A stretch of DNA of 64,000 bases, from positions 2,790,001-2,854,000 of the forward strand of contig CAJFCJ010000001.1 in the NCBI GenBank assembly GCA_904063045.1, in the 5' to 3' direction. The notes below the pieces were generated by a model. The model had not been told where the DNA came from and ran no database searches. It saw nothing but the letters and a program-made list of their open reading frames with translations. The stretch comes from Dimorphilus gyrociliatus. Taxonomy: Eukaryota > Animalia > Annelida. Below are positions 25,427 through 37,594 of the stretch, piece after piece (within the stretch, counting starts at the first letter, position 1; the number at the start of each line of letters is the position of its first letter). Both the position numbers and the translations under genes were made by a program.

Positions 25427-28046
25427 ATGAAGTTTCTATTAATTTTAATAATTTATTCAAATTTATTCACAAGTATAAAAGCTTTTAATACAAAATTAGG
25501 AAGAAGGAAAAATGTCTTTCTAAATAAGAAAAAGTAAAAATAACAAATCAAACAAAAATATGAAAATTGTATATTATGTTTTTTTTTAAAAAAACAAATA
25601 ATTATCAATAAAATAAATAGGGCTTTACAAATTCTTAAAACGAGAAGAAGAGTTAGAAGAGGACTGGAAAATGAAGCTTTGTAAGATTCTTATTAAATTG
25701 AAACAAGATTCTATGGATAAATATCAATTTTATATAATTGTAGCTATAAAAAGCTAGAGTCTGAGGAAATTCAAGAATTTATGAAAGTCTGTCCTCATTT
25801 AAAAGACATAAAATTGAATGGAAAAGAATATGGATACTATGTTACTGATAGATCCGCTTTCTGGGAAGAAACACTCTATTTAGCAGTTTCAGAAGTTAGG
25901 TTTTGTTGTCGTAGATACGTTGGTACGTCATTATTCTCTCTTAAGATTGGTTTATTCATTTTGCAATCTCACAAGGCGGTTGGTTTGGCTATCCTTTTAT
26001 TTATGAGAAAACAACTGGTACTAGAAGACCATTTAACTGGGGGAGGGTGGACGCAACTAACGAAGAAAGACAAGAAAGTTTAAAAAGCTTTTATATTCTA
26101 AAATATTCATTAAAAAACATTCATATATTGTATTCTATCTATTCATATAGCAAATGAACACAAATTAGAAACAATAGCGGAAATCGTTGAAGAAACTTAC
26201 GAAAAAACTCAAGGTACTCAGAAAGGCGATTTGAGTTATGATGAATTTCAAGCTGATAGAATAGTAATTAATATTAAAATAGATAAACAAACAATAGGAA
26301 ACATTTATCCATAAAAAATTAGGGCATATATATAGGAATTTGGGATTGTTTATACGTATCGAAATCGAAACTTTGCCCAGATCCGTGTAATCGTCCAGAT
26401 ATATGTAGAAAACCAAATACGGAGTCAAATATCCCGTGTAGATCATACGTATCGGATAAAATGAAACTTAAAGTGAAGAAATACTTCGACATTGATAAAA
26501 GTGATCAGTAAGATAAGAACAATTCCTTTAATATATATATATATATATATATATAGATATCTATACAAATCTTACATCTCCTTTTAGTATATATAGAAAA
26601 ACTGCTCATCTGTACGGTAAAGATTATTATTGCCAATGTAAACCTGGTTATAGTTGGCAAACAGAAAGAAAACAATGCGTTAAAAGTAAGAGTTTTAAGT
26701 ATCCTTTTTATATGTTTCTTATTATTATTATTATTATGTCTATATAGAAAATCGTTGTGTCTCTAGGGAAATTGTTTGTCGGAATGGTGGAACTTGTTTT
26801 GTACGAAAAGATAGCTAATTCATTTATTCAATAAACTATTGAACTTTATTCATATTTGTTGTTTTCATTTAGGAATCTGATGATGGTTTTACCTGCCTTT
26901 GTACGGGTGCATTTAAAGGACCATTTTGTAGAATAAATAGAAATCCTTGTAATTCACCAAAAGTGTCAATCTATGAATTAGGTTGTATTGAATTTTCAAA
27001 TTGTAAGAGAGATCCGCAAAATTCTTTAGGATATTGGTAAGATAATGAAACAAGAATTTGATGGATAATTTTTGAACTATTCCAAAAAAGGTGTCTATGT
27101 CCAAAAGGTTATGAACATTCTGAAGAGAATAATAATATTAACATTTGGAAGAGAAATCCTAGATGTTATGATATCAATGAATGTAAAAAGGTTGCATTTT
27201 GTCTATCTATTCAATTTTCTATATATATTATTAACTACTCTTGTTTAAACATATACAGAATATTCATAAATGCAATGAAGGATCAACGTGCATCAATACA
27301 AGAGGAAGTTATAGGTGTATCTGTCCTCCAGGAGTTGTTGGTATCTATTGCCAAAATAATATAGCAAAAGATAAAATTGGGTTCTTTGGCAATATTCACC
27401 TAAAGCATGATTGTTCAAAATCTTGCGGTATAAGTTACAGAGTTTACCAGCAAAGCTGCCTTTGTCGTAACGGTAAAATAATATATATATTTATTAAATT
27501 AAATTATAGAGAAAGCTTTATAATTAATAGAAGAAACTGGAAAGATAGCTACTTGTTATACACCAAGCTATTGTTTGGTCAATCCAATACCAAACGGCTA
27601 TAATTATTCAATAGAACTTGTTGGTAAAGACAATAGGCCGGTTCTTATATTGGAAAAATACGAAAAATGCGAAATACCAGAATGTAAGGAAAACTATTGT
27701 TCGGATGAGGATGGGAAATTAGTTCCTTGTCAAACTAGGAAAAATGACGCAAAGGAAGGAGAAGTTATACCTTCATTCTGTAAAATTTTCAATTAAATAT
27801 TACTTTTCTTTTATTAAATATCCATTTACAACAGATCAAGATGATGACATACTACCAAACAAGAATGATGATGATATATGGAAAAAGCCGGAACCTTGTC
27901 AATACGACGATTATAATCCTGGATGTAAGAATGTAGAAACTGATTATAGGTTTAAAGAATACGATGAAAATTTTGCATCAATATTATACATCAATTCTTC
28001 TATTCTTCTCTTTACTGTTGCAGTTGTAATAACACTTACTCAGTAG
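25427..28046 (+). CDS. Secreted/membrane-anchored EGF-repeat protein with TSP1-like module and a Gla-type propeptide (about 11 exons)
   Basis: Exon 1 25427-25533 (signal peptide MKFLLILIIYSNLFTSIKA), exon 2 25621-25680, exon 3 from 25744, all in frame. Later exons give EGF motifs (CRNGGTC..CLCTGAFKGPFC; CYDINEC..CNEGSTCINTRGSYRCICPPGVVGIYC), CSKSCG, and a hydrophobic C-terminal tail (GPI-signal-like). Confidence 0.8.
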
Positions 28047-28655
28047 GGTTTATTGTTTTTTATTTTCCTTGTTATTGATATTTAAAAACTTCTCTATTTA
28101 ATAGTAAAATTCCATTCTTAATAAAAAAAAAAGAAATAACTAATAATGCATAAAATGTTGAGATTTTTTTACTTTTGTTTTTCCTTAAAAAGGACAAACA
28201 AAACCAAAAAAAGAAAACAAAAAAAAATTGATAAAAACTCACTCAGACTAGAAAGTTATAAGCAACAAACAAACAAACAAAAAGACTTCATAAAGCAGTA
28301 TGAAAGAAATAATTTGAAAACTGAACAAAAAGAAAACAATTGTTTTTCGACTCAAAATGTTCGCAGGAAGGATGGATAACAAAAAGATAAAATGCCGGTT
28401 TCTGTGCTTTTTTTTCTAATTGAACATAGTAAAAACTATATAATTTATATTCATATATAGTAGCTAGCTATGTGTAATAAAACTTTTTTTTCTGATTTTG
28501 TTTAGAAGGGTTGAGAAAAAGATTTTTATAGTTTTTTTCAAATTCTACTGGTTGATTTGCATAAGTAGATAAAGAGAGAGAGAGAGAAAAGTGAAAGAAA
28601 TGAAAGTATGAAAAAAGGTAGTATCAAGGGATTCAAAAAAGTATACGTAATCCTT

Positions 28656-31600
28656 CTATAAATTAGAGAGATTTTCAATAAGAATTCTAGCGAATGCAGC
28701 GGCTGAGAGGGCGGCATAGTGCTTCCAGACACTCTTTTGATTAGCACCGTCCTCGTAATCGGAAACTCCTCTAATAAATATAAAAGAATCTTTACAATTT
28801 CCTACGACCGATTCCATTACTTGGTCAAACAGTGGTGGATCGAACCCAATTACTTGATGTCTTATGGCGAAATCAGATCGAAGGATTGACTCTTCAAACG
28901 GTCTACCAGATGCCAAACATCCTAAACGGACTATTGGCGTCTTCTGTTTAATATTTGCATCTTCAGGAATTTTCGGATGTTCAATTCTGATGAGTTTATC
29001 TTTATCTGGCCTCATGTACAAGATATCGCTGGAATCTTGAGGTCTGGAGAAGCTATGCGCATTCTGAAGTGTTCCAAGTTCTTCGGCAGCTTCTCCCATA
29101 TAATCCTCCAGAGTATTTGATTTCAAATCATTGAGAACAGTTTGAAGACTTTCAGAGAGTTCACTGACAACCAAGTCCTGATGTGGAAAAAAATGCAACA
29201 GTTAGATAACAATTTTTTTTTGCAATTACCAAATAAACTAAAACAGACTTTAGCATTCCACGACTTTAAAGAGAATTTCATTATGTTATCAGCGCTTCTT
29301 TCCACTTTGTCGGCAAAGATGTACGAAATTCCTTTAGAATTAGGAACTGAAACGATAATATCACCCAATCTAACGTGTTTTCTATAATCAACATAGTCCG
29401 GTACACCTCCGCAAATGCCCAAGAGTATTACATGTTCAACATCACTGAAAGTTCCCAGTAGTCGCGTTGTTGAATTTCCAGATGATATCAAGGCAGAACG
29501 ATCTCGACCAACAATCGGTAATTTAGTTGAGACTACGCGATGTTTACCAATGGAACCGATCGTGTAAACGTTGCCGTCTCCTTCTTGCTTAAATTTCACA
29601 AAAGTAGTTTTATCAGACATCATCGAATCGATGGCCATTTTCTCAAAGAACGACGATGTTATAATGGCAATAGAAGGTTTTTTAATTCCTTGTTGAACTG
29701 GCATCTGCTTCATTTCACGTACAGCTAGAAATAAATTAAAATATAGCCATTATTTTCATAAGATACAATTATTATTGATTTTGTTTTCACTGTGTCAACT
29801 TATTCTTATCGGACCAATGTATATATTCATACGTAATTTAAATGGTTGTTAAAACAGTGATATCAAAAAAACAAAAAGAAATACTATCGAAATTTAAATA
29901 TTTCCTTACAGTAAACAAATCAGGTATAATGACAGATTAAAGTGATTTTGTAGCTTTTTACATTTTGTATCTATACAAAAGTGGCATTTGGCTATAAATA
30001 GAACAATATCACTTTTCTCTATGGAAACAAAAGTTCTTTTTACTTACATTTATCGTAAAGTAAATTTCTAATATATTTGTTCCCTTCGTCATCCAAGCGT
30101 TTAATTAATTTCTTATCGATAAGCTGTTGAAGCTGACTTATAACCATATCATGATCTTCATTTGTTACTCTAAACAAAGAAAATAAGAAAAGTTATAGGC
30201 TGATTCTAAAAAACGTAAAAGCAGCAAACTTACTCTAAAAGTTTATTAATGTCAACACAATTTGGAAAGTGTCTTTCAATTTCTGAGAGTAATTGTTCTT
30301 GTACAATAACGTCTCTGGGTCTGTTATCCTCTTCAAATGCTATAAATAATTAAAAATAATTAATCATAATGGTGAACAACTTGTTTTCATATATAAAAGA
30401 TAGGAAGGAAAGTTTATGACTATAAGAAAGACAAGAGAGAAAAATGCCCATTCCTTTGTTTTAAGTTTTAAACTTACTGTCTTCTCCATAAGTGGGAAAA
30501 TCAAGTAGTTCATTAATAATTTCATTATTTTAACAATTGAAATGTACACAACTTTTTATTTTTGATTATATAATAAAGATACTTTTAAATGATGAGATAA
30601 ATACTTACGAGTTTGCGCACTTATCTCCGGTGAAACTGGGGTCATTTCAACTTCGACCTAGATTTTAATCAATTGTAAATATTTAATGTAAATAAATAAA
30701 TAAAATTTAAGATATACCAACCCTCAACACTGCATAATACTGATCACTTTTTTCCAAAAGCTTCATTGCTTTTTTAATAAAATGTGGATAATCTCCAGGA
30801 AAATCATCTGGATTAATGAGTTCCAGAAAGAAATCTCTTGCTCCGCATATCTTCTGCTCATGATCTGAATTTTCTCTAAACCAAAAATATAGAACACGTT
30901 TTTCCTGTTATAAACGAAAAACAAAAATTAAAATAATGTTATTAAATCAGCCTATATTAAAAAAAATAAAATGAAAAACTATTAAGATTACGTAATGCTA
31001 TTAAATATCGTAATTTTTTCATCTTTTTAAGTGGTTAACGGCAATTTAATACAATTTGCATTGATATTAATTGCTCTTTATTTTTTTAAGTCTACGTGCT
31101 TTGTTTATCGATAAAACAAAAGTTTGGTTTTGAAAACAATATCATGAAGGTCAAGGAGAATTCTTTAGATATTGCAAACGATTCTTCATTTTAATACTAT
31201 TTTAGCATAGAATTGATTGATCGAATAGAAAATTTTATTATTTACACAAATGTGTTCGCTGGTTTTCTTATTTACAAGAAAACATCGAAATTCCATGCTT
31301 AATTCAGCACACTCTTCTCCCCCATCTTCAATTTTAGCCATTTTATTAACGACAAGACGTGAATGTGCACCCCCTCCTGAATGATGAACCTAAAAACATA
31401 GAAATTCATGAAACACTGTTAACACTAAATAAAATTTACTATATTATTAATATTTGTTCTCCTTTTACCTGATTAAGGTCTATATTAGATTTTTTAATTT
31501 TCTCCAGTCGAATTGCAGTTGACTTGCCACGTTTAGTGGGTGTCATAACAATTTTTTCTGTAAAAGATATTAAAAGAATACAACAGATGCTAACGAATTG

Positions 31601-32934
31601 TAATAAAATTGTATCGAATGTCTAGCTTAATAAAACTCCCTTAAGTCATTAATTACATAATAACCTAATTAGACTCTGTTTCAATTCGTTATAGGAATCA
31701 AAAAAGGGACAAAGAGGAGAAGAGATAAAACAATAAAAATAGGTTGAAGGGCTTATTTTTTTTCAGAAAATATCATTCAGTTTAAATGGATTTAATCTAT
31801 AATATTCCCGTATCAAAATAATCAATCATCTCATTTTACGTTTATTCATAGATTTATTTGGGAAAATGTATATAAATATACGTGTTTCTTTTGTTTCCAT
31901 TCTCTCTTTTTTTAATGTCTAAAAAATAGATTAGGCTTAAAAAACGTGCTGGGCATATAGCAGTTTATAGCTATTTATGATATAAGGGTTCTAAAACAGC
32001 AATCTGTTGCCCGGTTCCCTAGCTTAAAAAAACAACTATAGGTTATAAAATATGTTCTGCACAAGGTTATAAAAAACATAACGAATGAAGAGAAAGGTAT
32101 TATTGTTCATTAAAAAGGAAGAAATGATGGAAGTAAAAGTGGAATAAATTTTTACATGTACTGTAAATCATTTCAATTTCTATATAATACAGTATATACA
32201 AATAATTCAATATAATAGATACTCATATGATATAATGAGCAACTGACAAAGTAAAAACTTTTGCGATTTAAAAGCAAGAGGAGGGATGGGAAATTGAAAA
32301 TGAAATTCTATACTTGTATAGTTTTATCTCTTGATTTATAACAGCTTGTGTACATCGTTTGATATACATTTATGTATATACCGTTTCTATAGGCTATTTC
32401 TCTCACTTTTTCTACATCAGTTTACTTATACTTTCAACTCGCGTAATTCAACGATAAAATTGTTAAATAATTCATTTAACAACTCTCTACTTATCATACT
32501 TAAATATAAGAAAATAGAGAAGAATGAGTGCCTTTTTTCTTTACGGCTAAGAAAGAAAACATGCCGATAATTAACAGCTTTCCCATTAATAATAAGTATG
32601 TCTTATCGAAGAATTTGCATAGCTTAGTCCGGGAAGCTTGTTAAACCGAACGCACACAAACACACACATACATACATACTGACTTTCTCCCCTCACCCTA
32701 GAGACTTAACACTAGGCTAAATGAAAAATAGCACCCAAATCTTAAAATAACGTAACCCCGTTCTGTTATAAGAACGGTTAAATCCTATTCATATGAATAT
32801 AGCGGGCGTGTGCTTATATATAAACAAATATCATAAGAAAAAATATCTACATGATGAAAAGACGACCTATGACGCTACTATGAATAATGCATCTGGAAAA
32901 ATTTGCAGAACAAAAATTACTCACCATCTCCCAT
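28656..32934 (-). CDS. Uncharacterised protein: N-terminal domain + winged-helix-like segment + PNP_UDP_1/MTAN-fold domain (multi-exon)
   Basis: PNP-fold motifs IAIITSSFFEKMAID, ILLGICGGVP, VRLGDIIVS, LGCLASG, FIRGVSDY and WKHYAALSAAAFA. Upstream exons splice in frame back to ATG 31546 and a candidate first exon ATG GGA GAT G|GTGAGT at 32934-32925 (start less certain). Confidence 0.8.
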
Positions 32935-35001
32935 TTTTTTTGGCTTATTTTCTTCGATATTAAAACCAGAAGTTAAATGAATAGTCTTCTCCAGCTAAAT
33001 AAACTGAAAAGAATAAATCATTTCAAACTTTTCATGACCTATCTTATAGCAATAGAGCATAGGCGTACGTACTACGATACTCACATCTCCAACAATTGAT
33101 GGGATGTGAAAAAGTAATCAAAATATCTATTTTATTAGTCCTGATTAAATTATATATAATAAGCATCAACTTATCAGAAGAATTACTTATTTTAACGGAA
33201 TAAATGGTTTACCGGCGATACTCGGGCTTCGTTAGACCGTTATAAACAAAACTACATTAATGAAACTGTGATATTAGTACATCGCCAAAAGAAATTACAT
33301 AGAAATAATTTATCTATAAGTATAGATTTAAAAAAATAATCTAGTGCTAAGAAAAACCAATAAAATTACATCTTATGCAGAATTTACCAATTACGGGCAG
33401 ATCCGAATTTCGACCGGAAGCCAAAAATGCAAAAGGTATTATGGGAAATCTAATATGACAGATGGCGCTTTTTTAAACATCTGTAGAAAGATTAACGCAA
33501 GCTGGTTTTTCTCACATTTGGTAGAGAATTAAGAAGTATAAAAATCAAAGAAAAACTTATAACAATTATAAACTAAAAGAAGATATTAAATATTTATTTT
33601 CAATAAATTATTCAGTAATTTTATAAGCCGAAAAAACTTGTAATCTACTTACATTTTATAAAGTAAAATTCAAAGATGCTAATAAGACTGGTTACCTCTC
33701 GTTCAGAGGAATGAACCAAAATTATTAGAATTTCTCTTTTATGTATAGTATGTGCAGACAGTAAATTTAATTAATGAAATTTAATCTCTTTGAATGAATC
33801 TTTCATTGTTTATTTTAATCTTAAATAGTATTTTAAATTAAGACTATGCAACGTTGCTGGTATGCTTCTATTACGTAATCTAGACTTTGGAAAGAGGGGA
33901 AGGTTTATCGTAAATATGCTAATTAGTTCAATTAATCTAGTTTATAGGTCGTGGTTAAATTGCCTTTGATCTTTTGGTATAAGATTACGTAAAAAAAACT
34001 CTCAATCACTTTAGTAAAAGTATTTAAAAGCCAAAAACAAAGAGCCTAATTGATCCTTTAAAAAGTTTCACCTTTCTTTATAACTATTCAAAAAAGGTTA
34101 TAATAATATATATTCTTTCTCTTTTTCATATCTTTTGACAGGTTGCTATCTTATTTCTCATAGTATTAAATTAATATTAATAAACCTTGAACCTGTAATG
34201 TATGTTAAATCATATGAATCCTATAACATATATATCTATACATTAAAACTAGACCGGAATATTCATAGTGAAGACAAAATAATAAAAATGTTTTCAATAT
34301 GAAATTTACCATATACAATAAAACTTTATCAAAAAAAGTTCTAAAATTACTCCTACATGTTCTAAAATGAATGTCTAATGTTACATAATTCATACATTAA
34401 CGTTTCTTTTGATTAATTCTTGCTGGTATATGGAAAAATCAAACTCAGTATATATATTCTGTACGTGAATCTATACAACAAATTCACAATTAGACTAAAG
34501 ACATAACATTTGTTATCTTGGATACTTGTATCTATACAAGACAAAACAGGTTGAAAGAAACGTAGTCAAGCCAAAAAGTTCTTTAACCAATTCAAAAGTT
34601 TTTATTATGTATTGCACAATTGATTCTATCCATTTATATATAATCAACAGGCCATAGAAAATCGACAGTCTGTATTAGTCATTTGCGAAAGGAATACTTT
34701 ATTGTAGGTTGTGTCTAGGTGCGGTATGTAAGTATTTAACAATTTCTCCCTTACTTTTTATATAAGAATTAGAAATGTGTAGATCATGCTTAACATTAAA
34801 TGTATAATTAATGTTCCTTATGAATATTTAGTCCTTAGAGAATGTAATTGTTTTAGCTTGTAAGAAAATCAATGATATCAATAATTTAGTTGGAAAAGTA
34901 TTAGAATAATAAAACACGTTTGAACATATCAATATATTTGAGTACCATTTTGAACTGCTCATTTGTTCTTTTCAATATCTTTTTCGCAGTGAAATTCAGT
35001 T

Positions 35002-35492
35002 ATGTCTTGGAATAGCTATATAGACAATTTAATTGCCCATTCCAAAGATGCTAGCGGAAAATGTCATGTTGAAAGTGCATGTATAATTAGCATAGATGGA
35101 GGTACACAATGGACGACTGCAGGGGCAAATGTTACACCAATCACCCCAAATGAGGCCGCTGAAATTGCAAAACCTTTTAAAAGCTGTGATTTTACTTCAT
35201 TTATGGTAAATAAATTTATACTCCCTTCTCTTTTCATTCAATAAAATTAACGTTAGTATTTTCTACAACGAAATAGGTCGGTGGCTGTACGATTTCATCT
35301 ACCAGATATCAATTTCTGAGAGAAATGGATAAAAAAATTTGTCTCTTCAAACTGAAAGATCATGGATCAATCTCTATGCAGAGCAGCAAAACAGCCATTG
35401 TAATAGCCAAGTGCCCAGAAGGAGGACAGCAAGGAAATGCTAATAAAGCTGTTGCAGTTATCGCCGAATATTTAGAATCTCTAAATATGTAA
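35002..35492 (+). CDS. Profilin (2 coding exons)
   Basis: MSWNSYIDNLI N-terminus; exon 2 STRYQFLRE...SKTAIVIAKCPEGGQQGNANKAVAVIAEYLESLNM*; TAA 35490-35492. Confidence 0.93.
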
Positions 35493-37594
35493 AACAATAT
35501 GATATCAATAAAATTATCTATTATAATTTATATAGTTTGTCTTCCATCATTATAATATCATTGTATATAGTTCTCTACATCCATTTTTACATCTTATGAA
35601 CGATGATAAAGACAGGAAAAGAATTTTTGACTATGTACTTTATGGGTGTTTTACATCATCAATAAATGTAATTCATTATTTGAACCAGAAGAACGTTAGC
35701 TATTTCATCACTTTTTTCCCTAGAATTTGTGATTATCAAAGGGGTTAAAGTAATACCTGTGGAATTATTACAAAGAAAATATATAATCTGAATCACTTAT
35801 ACATTGTTGCAATGTTTAAACATTCAATTGCGAAAAGATTAGTTTTATATTCAATAAAAGGACTTAATTTATGTCTTGAGTTTCGTCTCATTTTTATCTT
35901 TATATTAGTTTTGTATTACCTTTTTATATTAAATATATATATATATATATATTGTACTGATAGATAGGACTGTAAAACAAAAAATATGAACCGTATTCCT
36001 TTTCTAAATAGAACAACGATCGTGCTCCTCGTCATGTTTTTCTTTTAATTTAGGTTTTAAAAATATATGTTTATATATAAATTTTAAACCGCCCACATAT
36101 ATATCATTCAAGTAAGGTTAGAATTTTCACCTATATTGTATTACTCACTTGGTCTTGTTTTAAATAATTTACTTTAAACGATACAAAACATTTACAATTT
36201 GTTCTAGATATTCGTATAAAACATAAGGAACTAAAACTATTTACAGTGCTGTAGTCTAGATTCAGGAAAAGCCTATTGTAAGACATTTTTCTATATAATT
36301 TTTTAAAAATCCATAAAATCAATTATCTCGAGTTCTGAATTGAAACGACTCAAAAGAAAAGATTCAATTCGTCTATTTTTATGTCTAAAAACCGTAGATT
36401 AAGAGCAAAGAAATCGGATTTAAGCTATACCCCCAGATTGTTGTTCGAAACTATAAAAAACAAAACAAACATATACATATACTGTATATATAAATATATA
36501 TATATATATATACCTACGTGATAGTATCAGCCTTTAATTTCAATAAGGAGTTGCTATCATGTTGTTCTTTGAATATCTATTGAAATCTTATGATTTAAAT
36601 GAAGTATTAAAATCTTTTATACTCGCAGGATATACTATAATATTTAATATAAGTAGTAAAGTTCTTGAGATAAAAGCTTAATAAGTAGGGACATGAATAG
36701 AGCAAATTCTTGTTGCTTATTATATATATATCTTAAACTATTAAATCCTTGTTTATATTTCTACCATATATGCATATATATATATATATATATATGTGAG
36801 TGTACAATACAATGATCATTCATTAAATGAATTATTACATTCATTTTTCACCAAAGCTCTCATTCGCAAACTTTTTCTTCTCAATCTTTTATGTTTTCTT
36901 TCTTCTCAATAATGAATGACATAAAAAGAAAATTCTCCTCGCTTCTCTTGAATTCATAAAGATTTATCATACTTTAACGGCATTGTAATACTAGAATAAA
37001 ATAGTATACTCTTTACTTTTTAAAAAAATCTATAGATTTTTGAACGTTTCGTCTTGTAGAATATTAAGTTTCATCGTAAAGAAAAATACTTTATAATTTG
37101 TATTAAACTAAAATCTAATATCTGAAAAATATACTATAGAATATATAGAATATAATAGCTTGAATTTTTTTTTATCTGTCGGTTTTTTGTGAGTCATTTC
37201 TTTTCATGAAAATATCAAAGAAAAACAGTATGATTGCTTTTTGCTTTTATTAATGGCCTAGTCTTCTATTGAAAAATGGTATAATGTAATTGGTCTTTTT
37301 CTGAAAGTAGATTTATTAGTCCTATATATGTTAGGGAAGGAAAAGAATAAAAACAAATTTAATTGACATTTTCGTATTAAGTTTCAAATAATTCATACTA
37401 AAATTGTTTATTGCTTTCTCAAATAATTTTGAATTATTTTAAACTTGATAGCAGCTTAATAAAAGAGAAATAATGTGTTTGTGAAAATTCACTAGTTTGA
37501 ATAATTGCGCATGCGCGTAAAGATTACTTCCTGTAAATTGCGCTTATGGAGCGCTGAATTGCCGATAACTTATTATCGCTCAAAATACAGAATC

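Noticed and set aside
36131-36322. Short minus-strand ORF ending near a good donor (CAA|GTGAGT)
   Set aside because: I found no downstream exon or recognisable product; the AT-rich context makes chance likely.
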